A stretch of 63,585 nt of DNA, filler included, from Deltaproteobacteria bacterium (GTDB taxonomy: Bacteria > JAUYMQ01), in NCBI GenBank assembly GCA_030698575.1. It is 11 parts of 11 records of this genome, joined end to end, with 100 filler letters (N's around TTAATTAATTAA, not from the genome) between each part and the next. Parts side by side here need not be neighbours in the genome. Positions count along the whole stretch, not along the records: positions 36,250 to 43,865 come from JAUYMQ010000538.1; positions 43,966 to 49,784 come from JAUYMQ010000551.1; 9 more parts are not named here. One strand, given 5' to 3'. Of the stretch, positions 38,261 to 47,882 are shown in pieces. Under the pieces are notes generated by a model, which was not told where the DNA came from, did no database searches, and worked only from the letters and a program-made list of their open reading frames with translations. A program made the translations under genes and the position numbers. Position 1 is the stretch's first letter, and each line of letters opens with the position of its first letter.

Positions 38261-39238
38261 TCAGCCCGCGAGCTGACCCGCCTTCTTGAGCTCCTCCTGG
38301 ATGATCTCCTCGAGAACCGGAAGGGGCTGGTTGCCGATGACCACCACGCCGTTGATGACGAACGTGGGCGTCGAGGTGAAGCCGTAGTTGATCGCCTCGT
38401 TCAGGTCATAGTCGATTCTTGCCTTCGGCTCCTGGCTTTCGACGCAGGCGTTGAGCTTGCCGATGTCGAGGTCGAGGGTCTTCGCGAAGCTCTCCGTCTT
38501 GTCCTTGAAGTTATCCTCATCGAGCCGCTTGGAAGGATCGAAGAAGTAGTCGTGGAAGTACCAGAACGCTTCCGGCTTCTGCGCCGCGGCGCATTCGGAC
38601 GTGATGGCGGCGTCATAGGCCCAGGCGTGAAGTTCCGAGAGCGGCATGTGCTTGAAGACGAGCCGCACCTTGCCATCGTACTTCTTCATGATGGCGTTCA
38701 CGGTGCGTGAAGCCGCGCCGCAGAAAGGGCACTGAAAGTCGGAATACTCGGCGATCACGATGGGCGCCGCTTCGGGGCCTTTCGCGGGCCGATCGAGCAG
38801 CACCATGTTGCGCGTCTCGACGCGCGCCCGGAACACCTCGCCCACCGTGTAGACGGGCCCCATCACGAAGTGCTTCGCTTCCGCGTCGAAAAAGAAGGAT
38901 CGCCGCCCCTGGACGCCGCCCACCTCGATCACGAAATTCGCTTCGAACATTCCCGTGTAAGGCGCCTTCTTCACCCACTCGAGCGTCACCTTTGCGGTGC
39001 TCGGCACCTTGTTCGTGATGATAAAGTCCTGCATGTTGGCCTGGATCTTCTCGGCGACTTCCTGCGACTCGGCGTCGAGAGCGACGCGGCCGGGAGGCGG
39101 GGTCTGTATTTCGCCTTTCTCCCCCGATCCTTCTCCGCATCCCCAGACGGCCATGAGCAGGCCGAGCAAGAGGGCAGCGGCGCCGGCCGCACTGCGGCGC
39201 GAGCTCCCGGAAATTGCGTAACGTCGAGGCTTGGGCAT
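38261..39238 (-). CDS. DsbA/Com1-like thioredoxin lipoprotein (paralogue)
   Basis: VWGC lipobox, EYSDFQCPFC, KHMPL, TSTPTF. Confidence 0.92.
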   Translation of the reverse strand: MPKPRRYAISGSSRRSAAGAAALLLGLLMAVWGCGEGSGEKGEIQTPPPGRVALDAESQEVAEKIQANMQDFIITNKVPSTAKVTLEWVKKAPYTGMFEANFVIEVGGVQGRRSFFFDAEAKHFVMGPVYTVGEVFRARVETRNMVLLDRPAKGPEAAPIVIAEYSDFQCPFCGAASRTVNAIMKKYDGKVRLVFKHMPLSELHAWAYDAAITSECAAAQKPEAFWYFHDYFFDPSKRLDEDNFKDKTESFAKTLDLDIGKLNACVESQEPKARIDYDLNEAINYGFTSTPTFVINGVVVIGNQPLPVLEEIIQEELKKAGQLAG

Positions 39239-39852
39239 CGAGTCTTCCTCCTTCGTCCCTGTCCGTGTGGTGTGGTGAGATCTAACCCGGTCATTCGTCA
39301 TCAGCTATTGGGCGTCATCAGACACTGGGCGTCAGAGGACGGACATCAGATGACTCAGAAATGACCTGACATCGGATGACCTGACATCGGATGAACCAGG
39401 GCTGTACCTGAATGGACTTCGAGCGGTCCGAAGGCCGAGAAGCCTCCCCTCACAGGCCGGGAAGGCTATCACACCGGCGCGCGCCAGAGTACGCCGCGGG
39501 ACGAGATTTCTCATCCGGGAGCCGCCGGCCTCGCCCGGCGGCTCCCGGCGCCATGACACCGCGCCCCTTCGTGGACCACTATTAGAGTGAGGAGAACGGC
39601 GCGGGAATACGCCCGAAGCCCGGCAGGGCTGGGAAGCCTGAACCAGAACTGTAATAGTCGTTTTATTCAGGAATCCTGCTTCCGGCAAAGTTTTTCTCCC
39701 GGATGCAAAGGTTGTCATAAAAAGGGAAAAGTTTTGCCCACCCCGAGGCACCCAAAGGGACCGCTGACTGGGCATTTGGTCAGGATTTGAATTTTCTCAT
39801 TTAGTTTCAGGAGGTTACGGAGGCCCAAAAAGCACCTGTAGCCTGTCAATTT

Positions 39853-39868
39853 TGGCACATGGCTTGCA
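39853..39868 (+). promoter_or_regulatory. Sigma-54 promoter
   Basis: TGGCACATGGCTTGCA is a consensus match; upstream AT-rich region has inverted motifs at 39684-39699 and 39724-39738. Confidence 0.85.
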
Positions 39869-40171
39869 CTATCCGGGGTCGGGCTTCATGTGCTGATCCA
39901 GCCAGGGGATCTTTTCCCCTGGGGAAGCCGTCAGCAACGGCTCTTTTGGAAGGGCGACGGAAACTGAAGGGAAAACGCCGGGCCTCCGGGGGAAAAATCG
40001 GGGGCGCGGTGGCCGGCAACGGCCAGGTTCCCGACGCGGCCCCGGGCCAACCCGAGAGGGGGTGAGCGTCTCTTCCGTATGAATGTTTCTAAGCTAGTAA
40101 GGGTAATGAGGGTATCGCTAAGCAAGAAGTCGAAACACTGAGGGTTAATCTTCCAAGGAGGTCTAGACCCC

Positions 40172-41503
40172 ATGAGAAAGCTGACTGCGTTAGTTTTTGC
40201 AGTGGCGCTTGTGTTGGGTGGAACGTCAATGGCGTTCGCCCAGGCGACCTATACGTTTGATACGGTTCGCAGCGCAGGCGCACACGAGATCTGGCCGAAC
40301 CAGGCCAACTCGCCGAACACGTTCGAAGCGGATGGCGGTCTTCTCGGCCGCGTGGTGACGACCGCTGGTGGCGCAACGCCGGTTCTGAACCCGGCCGTGG
40401 CGAACGCCTGCGAGCTCGCACCGAGCTTTGACTGCTCCGGAACCACCCCGCCGGTCTTCCTGCTTCCGGCGGGTGCTGCTGAGGGTCCGGCCGGTGCGGG
40501 CGGCGGTTCGGAGTGTAACCGCGTTGTCAACGCTTGTAACGCGGCGCCCATCCCGAGCGGGGGACACGGCGGCCACTTGAACGAGACCGAGGGTAGCTAC
40601 AGCTACCTGGTCATCCACACGCCTTCCCAGGGCACGAACCCGGCCGGCAAAGGCATTGGGTTCTTCACGGGTAGCTATCAGATCGTGCAGCAGCCCTACC
40701 TCTGCAACGATTGCCCCGTGGGCGGCGCTGGCAAGGACATCGACAACCAGCTCGCCATGGACAACACGGGCCCGGGCTCGGTTGCCCAGAGCACCAACGT
40801 CACGCTCTGGCTCTCCCAGTCCACCGCGCCCTTCGGCCACGCGCTCGTTTCTCTCCAGAGCGCGGGTCCCGGGAAGCTCAGCCCCTGCGGCTCCGGCATC
40901 GTCTTCCAGGATCTCACTACGGATCTTTGCGTCGACGGTCTGCAGGGTGGCGTGGGTAACTTCCTCATCCCGGCACAGAAGGTCGTTGCTCGCAACTACT
41001 CGGTCAACCTGGCCAACCATTCGGCGTTTGGCGCCAACTCGGGCCTCTGCAACGCGCCGGACTGCTACGTCGAAAACGTGATCATCCCGGCGGCGCTTAC
41101 TCAGAACGCCGGAACGCTCAACGTTCAGACGCAGTCGGCCACCAGCGTTCTTCCTTCGACCGCACCGGGCAGCCTCGCGAACGCGACGGTCGACTCGCTC
41201 CTCTTCTTCCTCACCACCCAGCAGCTGGATATGGATGGCGACGGAACCGAGGACCGGATCGACCCGTGTCCGAACGACCCGGCGAACGGTTGTCTGTTCA
41301 ACGTGCTCACCAGCTCGGCTTGCCCCGCTGGCACGGTCTTCTGCAACGACCTGGCCGGCACACCGGGCTGCTACTCGGCATCCCTCTGCGAGACACGGCG
41401 TGACGTCGACCAGAACTGCTTCGTCGATGGCGGTGACCTTAACACCGTTCAGAACACGCTGTTCTTCAACAACCCGTTCCCGATCGGCCCGTTCGATCCA
41501 TGA
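40172..41503 (+). CDS. Secreted Cys/Gly-rich surface protein with TSP3-like and dockerin-like Ca-binding motifs
   Basis: AFA signal peptide, about 17 Cys, DMDGDGTEDRIDPCPND, DVDQNCFVDGGDL; AGGAGG RBS. Confidence 0.8.
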   Translation: MRKLTALVFAVALVLGGTSMAFAQATYTFDTVRSAGAHEIWPNQANSPNTFEADGGLLGRVVTTAGGATPVLNPAVANACELAPSFDCSGTTPPVFLLPAGAAEGPAGAGGGSECNRVVNACNAAPIPSGGHGGHLNETEGSYSYLVIHTPSQGTNPAGKGIGFFTGSYQIVQQPYLCNDCPVGGAGKDIDNQLAMDNTGPGSVAQSTNVTLWLSQSTAPFGHALVSLQSAGPGKLSPCGSGIVFQDLTTDLCVDGLQGGVGNFLIPAQKVVARNYSVNLANHSAFGANSGLCNAPDCYVENVIIPAALTQNAGTLNVQTQSATSVLPSTAPGSLANATVDSLLFFLTTQQLDMDGDGTEDRIDPCPNDPANGCLFNVLTSSACPAGTVFCNDLAGTPGCYSASLCETRRDVDQNCFVDGGDLNTVQNTLFFNNPFPIGPFDP

Positions 41504-41531
41504 TCAGGCTGATCTAAGCGTCATCCCCGAA

Positions 41532-41560
41532 GGGGGCGGTCCCGGAAACGGGGCCGCCCC
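41532..41560 (+). terminator. GC-rich hairpin (terminator or stability element)
   Basis: GGGGCGGTCCCG-GAAA-CGGGGCCGCCCC; no U-tract. Confidence 0.5.
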
Positions 41561-41673
41561 CGGAAGGGGCGGCGGCGGCAAGCACCAAGGCATCATGATT
41601 TGAATGCACGAGTTCCAAACAACCTGAAGCAGAGTAAGCAAGCAGCGCTTCACTTCACGAAGGAGAAAATCAA

Positions 41674-42312
41674 ATGAGAGTCCGCCATCTGTTGATTGCA
41701 TCAATGGTGGTATTAGGCCTCGTCATCGCCCCGGTCACGGCCAAGGCCATCGTGGTCGACTGGGAGATCGAGGTCCTGGTGAACAACGTCTCGCAGGGCA
41801 CCGCCAGCTCCGCCGGCGGGATCCTCGACGTGAGCGTTGCCGTGGGCGACACCGTACGCTTCATCGTCGGCGTCTCGGCCCTCGGGACGGGCACCCTGAC
41901 CACCTACACGACGTCCGTCACGTCTGACGATCCGCTCGAGATCGACTACACCATCAACAGCGCCGTCGATCTGACGGGGCTCGGCTTCACGAGCGGCGCG
42001 CAGCCGAACGCCACGTTGAACGACGCTTCCCCGGGTGACGGCGCGGTGAACGCCAACGCCGGCGCAGTGGCGCAGGTGCTCGACCTCTACCGGCTCGACT
42101 ACGTCGTGCAGGCAGGCGTCGACAGCACTGCGGGCGTTGACTTCACCGCTCGCGGTATCATCGTCACGACCGGTGGCGACACCGCCACCACCGGCACCGC
42201 CCAGGTTCGCCTGAACGCGGGCGTTGCGGTCCCCGAACCCGCCACGATGCTGCTCCTCGGCAGCGGTCTGGCAGGCCTCGCGGGCTTCGGCCGGAAGAAG
42301 CTCCGAAAGTAA
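41674..42312 (+). CDS. PEP-CTERM sorting-domain surface protein
   Basis: Signal peptide; C-terminal VPEPATMLLLGSGLAGLAGFGRKKLRK. Confidence 0.92.
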   Translation: MRVRHLLIASMVVLGLVIAPVTAKAIVVDWEIEVLVNNVSQGTASSAGGILDVSVAVGDTVRFIVGVSALGTGTLTTYTTSVTSDDPLEIDYTINSAVDLTGLGFTSGAQPNATLNDASPGDGAVNANAGAVAQVLDLYRLDYVVQAGVDSTAGVDFTARGIIVTTGGDTATTGTAQVRLNAGVAVPEPATMLLLGSGLAGLAGFGRKKLRK

Positions 42313-42413
42313 AGCACTCACTCTGTAGCAAGCGAAGGGCAGGTTCCCGCAAGGGCGCCTGCCCTTCGTCCGTTGGGGCCAATGCCCGAACCGCCCCCCT
42401 CGGCGGCCACCCC

Positions 42414-42650
42414 CCGCATGTCATCGCGAGGAGCCCCTTCCCGCATGTCATTGCGAGGAGCGCAGCGACGAAGCAATCCCCCGGCAGCCCACCCCCCGCA
42501 TGTCATTGCGAGGAGCCCCTTCCCGCATGTCATTGCGAGGAGCCCCTTCCGCATGTCATTGCGAGGAGCGAAGCGACGAAGCAATCCCCCGGCAGCCCAC
42601 CCCCCGCATGTCATTGCGAGGAGGGCCGCAGGCCCGACGAAGCAATCCCC
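42414..42650 (+). repeat. Cluster of six REP/RPE-like palindromic repeat units
   Basis: CCGCATGTCAT(T/C)GCGAGGAG at 42414, 42441, 42496, 42523, 42549, 42604; three copies continue to CGACGAAGCAATCCC. Confidence 0.85.
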
Positions 42651-42987
42651 ACCATCCCGTGAATCGCCCGGCTTCCTGGCGAATCCCAATTCCGGGACAT
42701 TCGCCCCGCAGCCCCATCCGCATTCCCGCCCGGCCCTCCACCGGTTTGTGTCAGGACTAAAGTATTCCGCAAGGCTGCCGATGGTGCTCCATGTATCCGC
42801 GCCCTCCCCCCCTAGAACCGGGCGGACGGGCCGACCTGACGCCGGAGCACCGGGCTGCGGGACTTAACGCGAGGGCCGACGGGCGGCGCTCGCAGGCAAG
42901 CCACGGCTCCGGGAACAACGCGCGCAGATCCATCAAGGGAACACCAGATCACGAGTGGATCGCATCGCAGGCATGGAGGAACAAGTC

Positions 42988-43626
42988 ATGAGGGGTCGCT
43001 TCCGCTTCACGCTCTTATTCGCAGCTCTGGGCATCGTCGCGATGCCCATCACGGCCAACGCCATCGTGGTCGACTGGGAGATCGAGGTCCTGGTGAACAC
43101 GGTCTCGCAGGGCACGGCCAGTTCCGCCGGCCCCATCCTGGACGTGACCGTCAACGCGGGCGACACCGTGCGCTTCATCGCCGGCGTCTCGGCCCTCGGG
43201 ACGGGCACCCTGACCACCTACACGACGTCCGTCACGGCTGACGACCCGCTTGAGATCGACTACACCATCAACAGCGCCGTCGATCTGACGGGGCTCGGCT
43301 TCACGAGCGGCGCGCAGCCGAACGCCACGCTGAACGATACCAATCCGGATGACGGCCAGGTGAACGCCAACGCGGGCGCGGTGGCGCAGGTGCTCGACCT
43401 CTACCGGCTCGACTACGTCGTGCAGGCAGGCGTCGACAGCACTGCGGGCGTGGACTTCACCGTTCGCGGCATCATCGTCACGACCGGCGGCGACACCGCG
43501 ACCACCGGCACCGCGCGCGTGCGCCTCAACGCCGGGGTGGGAATCCCCGAGCCGGGAACGATTCTCCTGCTCGGCAGCGGCCTGGCCGCCATGGCGGGCT
43601 TCGGCCGCCGGCGGGCGCGCCGGTAG
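42988..43626 (+). CDS. PEP-CTERM surface protein, near-identical paralogue of 41674-42312
   Basis: Same mature domain (IVVDWEIEVLVN...); IPEPGTILLLGSGLAAMAGFGRRRARR. Confidence 0.92.
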   Translation: MRGRFRFTLLFAALGIVAMPITANAIVVDWEIEVLVNTVSQGTASSAGPILDVTVNAGDTVRFIAGVSALGTGTLTTYTTSVTADDPLEIDYTINSAVDLTGLGFTSGAQPNATLNDTNPDDGQVNANAGAVAQVLDLYRLDYVVQAGVDSTAGVDFTVRGIIVTTGGDTATTGTARVRLNAGVGIPEPGTILLLGSGLAAMAGFGRRRARR

Positions 43627-43726
43627 CCATTCCAGCCGGCACCGCGCGACGCGTAGGAATCACGGTCCGCTTCTGACGGATCCAGGATCCGATTCTGACG
43701 GAACCGGGATCCGGATCTGAATCTGA

Positions 43727-43865
43727 ATCGGGATAGGGGACGGCGGGGTTCGCCCCGCCGTTCCCCTCCCACACCACCGGACATGCGGGTCCGCATCCGG
43801 CGGTTCGAAAGGTTGAGGTTACGCGGCGAGCCGGGGTACTCCTAGCTCGTCGAAGTAGCGAATGG
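43727..43865 (-). mobile_element. Group II intron (class IIC) 3' end: RT C-terminus, domain V, domain VI
   Basis: Minus strand: IRYFDELGVPRLAA-stop, then GAACCGCCGGATGCGGACCCGCATGTCCGGTGGTGTGGGAGGGG (DV with CGC triad), DVI hairpin ending CTATCCCGAT. Confidence 0.92.
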
Positions 43866-44045
43866 NNNNNNNNNNNNNNNNNNNNNNNNNNNNNNNNNNN
43901 NNNNNNNNNTTAATTAATTAANNNNNNNNNNNNNNNNNNNNNNNNNNNNNNNNNNNNNNNNNNNNGGGCGTACCGGAACGCAGCATTGTCCCGGCTCCGA
44001 TCGCGATGTTTGTTTCGAGCGGTTCGACCTTTTCAAGGAGAGGCA

Positions 44046-45452
44046 ATGGGTAAGGAGACGTCAATCCTCGTGGTGGATGACTCCGAAGGCATCCGCAATT
44101 ATCTCAAGAACCTCCTTTCGATCAAGGGCTACAAGGTTCGAAGCGCCGCCGACGGCGAAGAGGCCCTCGCGCAGCTCTCATCCGGGTACCGACCCTCCAT
44201 CGTCATCCTCGACGTCATGATGCCCGGGCTGGACGGCCTGGAGACGCTCCGCCGCGTGAAGTCCATCGACCAGGACGTGCCGGTCATCATGCTGTCTGTG
44301 GTCGGCAAGGCCAGAACGATCGTCGAGGCCATGAACCTTGGTGCTTCGGACTATCTGAACAAGCCCTTCGAGGAGGAAGAGCTCGACATCTCGATCAAGA
44401 AGGTGCTCGAGTCGAGCAAGCTCCGTGGAGAGCGGGATTACCTCCGGTCACAGCTCAGCGAAAAACCCCAGTGGGGAGAAGGCGCCGTCTGGATCAGCCC
44501 GCCGATGACCAAGATCAAGGATCTCATCGAGCAGATCGCCGAAACGGACGTGACCGTTCTCATCCAGGGGGAAAGCGGTGTCGGGAAAGAGGTCATCGCT
44601 CGGGCGATCCATGGCAGGAGCCTCCGAAAAAACAAGACCTTTGTGAAGGTGAACTGCGCGGCGCTTCCCGAGCAGCTCCTCGAGAGCGAGCTGTTCGGAT
44701 ACGAGAAGGGCGCCTTCACCGGCGCCTCCAGCCGCAAGCCTGGCAAGTTCGAATTCGCCAACCACGGGACGATGTTTCTCGACGAAATCGGCGAGATGAG
44801 CCCACTCTTGCAGGCGAAGCTGCTCCAGGTGCTGCAGGACGGCGAGTTCGCGCGCCTGGGAGGGCAGCGTGACATCAAGGTGGACGTGCGGGTTCTGGTC
44901 GCCACGAATCGGGATCTGGAGCGGGAGGTCGAGGAGGCGCGGTTCCGCGAGGATCTGTACTACCGGCTCAACGTCGTGAACATTCGCGTCCCTCCGCTGC
45001 GCGAGCGACGGGAGGAGATCCCGATCCTCGCCGAGCAATTTCTCGAGCGCTACAACCGGAAGTACAACAAGAACGTGAAGTGCGTCTCCCCCAGTCTCAT
45101 GAAGGCCTTCCTGAACTACGAATGGTCGGGGAATGTGCGGGAACTGGAGAACCTGATCAAGCGCACGGTCGTGCTCGAAAACGAGGCCTCCATTCTCGAG
45201 GAGCTGAAGGGGGAGAAGACGACGCCATCCAAGCCCTCGGTTATTCAGAACATCGTCGACATGGAGACCGGGACGATCTCGCCCCTCAAGGAGATCGGCC
45301 GGAGGGCGGCAATGGAGGCCGAGCGCGAGACCATCGCGCGGGTCCTCCACCAGACGAACTGGAATCGGAAGAAAGCCGCAAAGATTCTGAACATCAGCTA
45401 CAAGACGTTGCTTCAGAAGATCAAGGACAGTGGCCTGGCGGACGACCGCTAA
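44046..45452 (+). CDS. NtrC-family sigma-54 response regulator
   Basis: REC domain (VVDD, LDVMMP), GESGVGKE, GAFTGA, C-terminal HTH. Confidence 0.96.
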   Translation: MGKETSILVVDDSEGIRNYLKNLLSIKGYKVRSAADGEEALAQLSSGYRPSIVILDVMMPGLDGLETLRRVKSIDQDVPVIMLSVVGKARTIVEAMNLGASDYLNKPFEEEELDISIKKVLESSKLRGERDYLRSQLSEKPQWGEGAVWISPPMTKIKDLIEQIAETDVTVLIQGESGVGKEVIARAIHGRSLRKNKTFVKVNCAALPEQLLESELFGYEKGAFTGASSRKPGKFEFANHGTMFLDEIGEMSPLLQAKLLQVLQDGEFARLGGQRDIKVDVRVLVATNRDLEREVEEARFREDLYYRLNVVNIRVPPLRERREEIPILAEQFLERYNRKYNKNVKCVSPSLMKAFLNYEWSGNVRELENLIKRTVVLENEASILEELKGEKTTPSKPSVIQNIVDMETGTISPLKEIGRRAAMEAERETIARVLHQTNWNRKKAAKILNISYKTLLQKIKDSGLADDR

Positions 45453-45668
45453 TGGGGAAGGCGGTCACCGTTTTTGTGCAATGAACTACCCACGCCCGGA
45501 TCCGGGGCGTGGACGCCCGCAGGGAGGTCGCGGGCGGCGTCAGAAGCGGATCGGAGCGAACGCCGGAAACCCGCGGCTCCACGGAGTTTCCGGCGGACTA
45601 ACCAGGTTCACGCCTTGCGATCAAGCCACGGCCCTCCGCCGTCGCGGGCGTGACCGGGGCGAGCCGAT

Positions 45669-45684
45669 TGGCACGCCCCTTGCT
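45669..45684 (+). promoter_or_regulatory. Sigma-54 promoter
   Basis: TGGCACGCCCCTTGCT is a consensus match, 80 nt upstream of the second regulator. Confidence 0.85.
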
Positions 45685-45764
45685 TAACCGGGGCCGCGCC
45701 GTTCGTCCCGCTGCGAGCCCTCGCTTGCGGGAAGCGGCATTCCCTAGAACCGCAGAGGTCTGGA

Positions 45765-47177
45765 ATGGTCGAAAAAATAAGAATCCTGGTGATCGACGAC
45801 GATGAGAGCACGCGTGACTATCTGCGGGCGCTGATCACGAAGAACGGCTGGCGGGTCTTCACTGCTGAGTCGGGCGAGCAGGCTCTCATGGAGATGGAAA
45901 AGGTCAATCCGACCCTGGTCACCCTCGACCTGGTTCTTCCGGGCATCGACGGCATCGAGACGCTCCGGCTGATCAAGGAGAAGGATCAGGACGTGCCGGT
46001 CATCATGTTATCGGGACACGGTCAGGCGAAGACGATAGTCCAGGCCATGAAGCTCGGCGCGACGGATTTCTTGCGCAAGCCCTTCGAGAGCGACGAGCTC
46101 AAGATCGCCATCAACAAGGCCCTCGAAAAGAAGAAGCTCGTTTCGGAGGTAGAGTTCTTACGCGTAAAGGTCCAGGAGCAGTCGAACAGCACCTTCCTGT
46201 TCGGGACGAGCACCCGAATGAAGGAAGTCGAGGAGATCGTCGAGCAAGTTGCGGACACCGACATAACCGTCCTGATTCGCGGCGAGAGCGGAACGGGCAA
46301 GGAACTGGTCGCGCGTATGCTGGCCGCGAAATCGGATCGTAGCTCGAAGCCGTTCGTCAAGGTGAACTGCGCGGCGCTCCCCTCGGAGCTGCTCGAGAGC
46401 GAGCTGTTCGGGTTCGAGAAGGGCGCCTTCACGGGCGCCCAGAAGCGGAAGCTCGGAAAGTTCGAATACGCCGACGGCGGGACGATCTTCCTCGACGAGA
46501 TCAGCGAGATGCACCCGAATCTCCAGGCCAAGCTGCTACAAGTCTTGCAGGACGGAGAGTTCTCCCGGCTCGGAGGCGAGGCTGACGTCAACGTTGACAC
46601 GCGGGTGCTTGCGGCGACGAACCGTAATCTGGAGGAGGCGGTCAAGGAGGGGAGCTTCCGGGAAGATCTCTTCTACCGGCTGAACGTTGTGAACATCCCG
46701 ATTCCGGCGCTCCGGGAACGGCGCGCGGACATCCCGTTGTTCATCGACTACTTCCTCACGAAGTACAACGAGCAGTATCACAAGGACGTGCCCTTCTTAT
46801 CCACGGGGACGATGGACACCTTCATGAAGTATGCCTGGCCGGGGAACGTGCGTGAGCTGGAGAACATGATCAAGCGGATTGTCGTCCTCGGGAGCGAGAA
46901 GGCAGTGCTCCAGGAATTCCAGGTCCGGGAAGATCACCCGGCGACGCAGAAGCAGTTCGAGCACGAGGGGATCGATTCAATCACCGAAAGCGATCCGGGC
47001 CGCTATGGCTTGAAGGAGATCGGGAAGCGGGCGAGCCAGCTTGCCGAGAAGCGGGTGATCGCGCGGGTGCTGCAACAGACGCGCTGGAACAGAAAGGAAA
47101 CGGCCGAGATTCTGCAGATCAGTTATAAGGCGCTTCTCTACAAGATGAAGGAGAGCGGGCTGTCAGAGATGTCCTGA
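45765..47177 (+). CDS. NtrC-family sigma-54 response regulator (paralogue)
   Basis: REC domain, [17 protein letters not shown]. Confidence 0.96.
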   Translation: MVEKIRILVIDDDESTRDYLRALITKNGWRVFTAESGEQALMEMEKVNPTLVTLDLVLPGIDGIETLRLIKEKDQDVPVIMLSGHGQAKTIVQAMKLGATDFLRKPFESDELKIAINKALEKKKLVSEVEFLRVKVQEQSNSTFLFGTSTRMKEVEEIVEQVADTDITVLIRGESGTGKELVARMLAAKSDRSSKPFVKVNCAALPSELLESELFGFEKGAFTGAQKRKLGKFEYADGGTIFLDEISEMHPNLQAKLLQVLQDGEFSRLGGEADVNVDTRVLAATNRNLEEAVKEGSFREDLFYRLNVVNIPIPALRERRADIPLFIDYFLTKYNEQYHKDVPFLSTGTMDTFMKYAWPGNVRELENMIKRIVVLGSEKAVLQEFQVREDHPATQKQFEHEGIDSITESDPGRYGLKEIGKRASQLAEKRVIARVLQQTRWNRKETAEILQISYKALLYKMKESGLSEMS

Positions 47178-47261
47178 GGGGAACCTCCGGGCCCGTGGGT
47201 AACACCCCACACCGGCAGGGCGGCTTGTCCGTCAAGGGCTTCCTGCTCAGGGCCGATATAG

Positions 47262-47843
47262 GTGACACAAACGAGTGACTATGAAGGGGGGCCGGGTTGC
47301 GCCATGAACGACACGAATCCACACGCAGGCGCCGGCGATCCGGTATGGGTGAGCATGCTGGATGAGGAAACGCAGGTCCTGAAAGATCGCGTCTTCGACT
47401 ATCTCTTCGACCTGGAAGTGAAGAAGGCCACTCGATATCAGTATTTTCTCGCGGTGCTCTTCCTCGAGCTGGATCACGGCGCCGGGGGGAGACCCGTGGA
47501 GGAGCAGGAGAAGGCTCGCCAGAGGCAGCTCAAGGTGCTGGCCGACTTGCTGCGGGACGAGCTTCGCTCCACCGACATCATCGGCCGCTTCGCCGACGGC
47601 CGGTTCTCGGTCCTCCTTCACCACGCCGACGAGGTGAACACCCAGCGGATCGGGGAGCGCATCAGAAGGCGAATTCATGACTATGTTTTCAGCCAGGAGA
47701 ATCCGGGTCACCGCACGGTGAGCATCGGCGGAGCGTGTTTTCCGGGCAGCGGTAACTACGCGGACGATCTCAGGGGCGCCGCCTTGAAGATGATGGAAAG
47801 GGCGAAGATCGACGGGGGGAACAAGGTCTGCACAACGAGCTGA
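47262..47843 (+). CDS. Degenerate GGDEF-domain protein (start uncertain)
   Basis: LAVLFLELD...LRSTDIIGRFADGRFSVLL...TVSIGGACFP. Confidence 0.8.
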   Translation: MTQTSDYEGGPGCAMNDTNPHAGAGDPVWVSMLDEETQVLKDRVFDYLFDLEVKKATRYQYFLAVLFLELDHGAGGRPVEEQEKARQRQLKVLADLLRDELRSTDIIGRFADGRFSVLLHHADEVNTQRIGERIRRRIHDYVFSQENPGHRTVSIGGACFPGSGNYADDLRGAALKMMERAKIDGGNKVCTTS

Positions 47844-47882
47844 AGCCTCGACGGTAGCTGACTCTCGATGGGGGGAGAGGGA

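Noticed and set aside
42414-42650. Possible CRISPR array
   Set aside because: Spacers are short, irregular and themselves repeated, the units are REP/RPE-like palindromes, and there are no cas genes. The overlapping ORFs (42318-42689, 42373-42867) are translations of the repeat.
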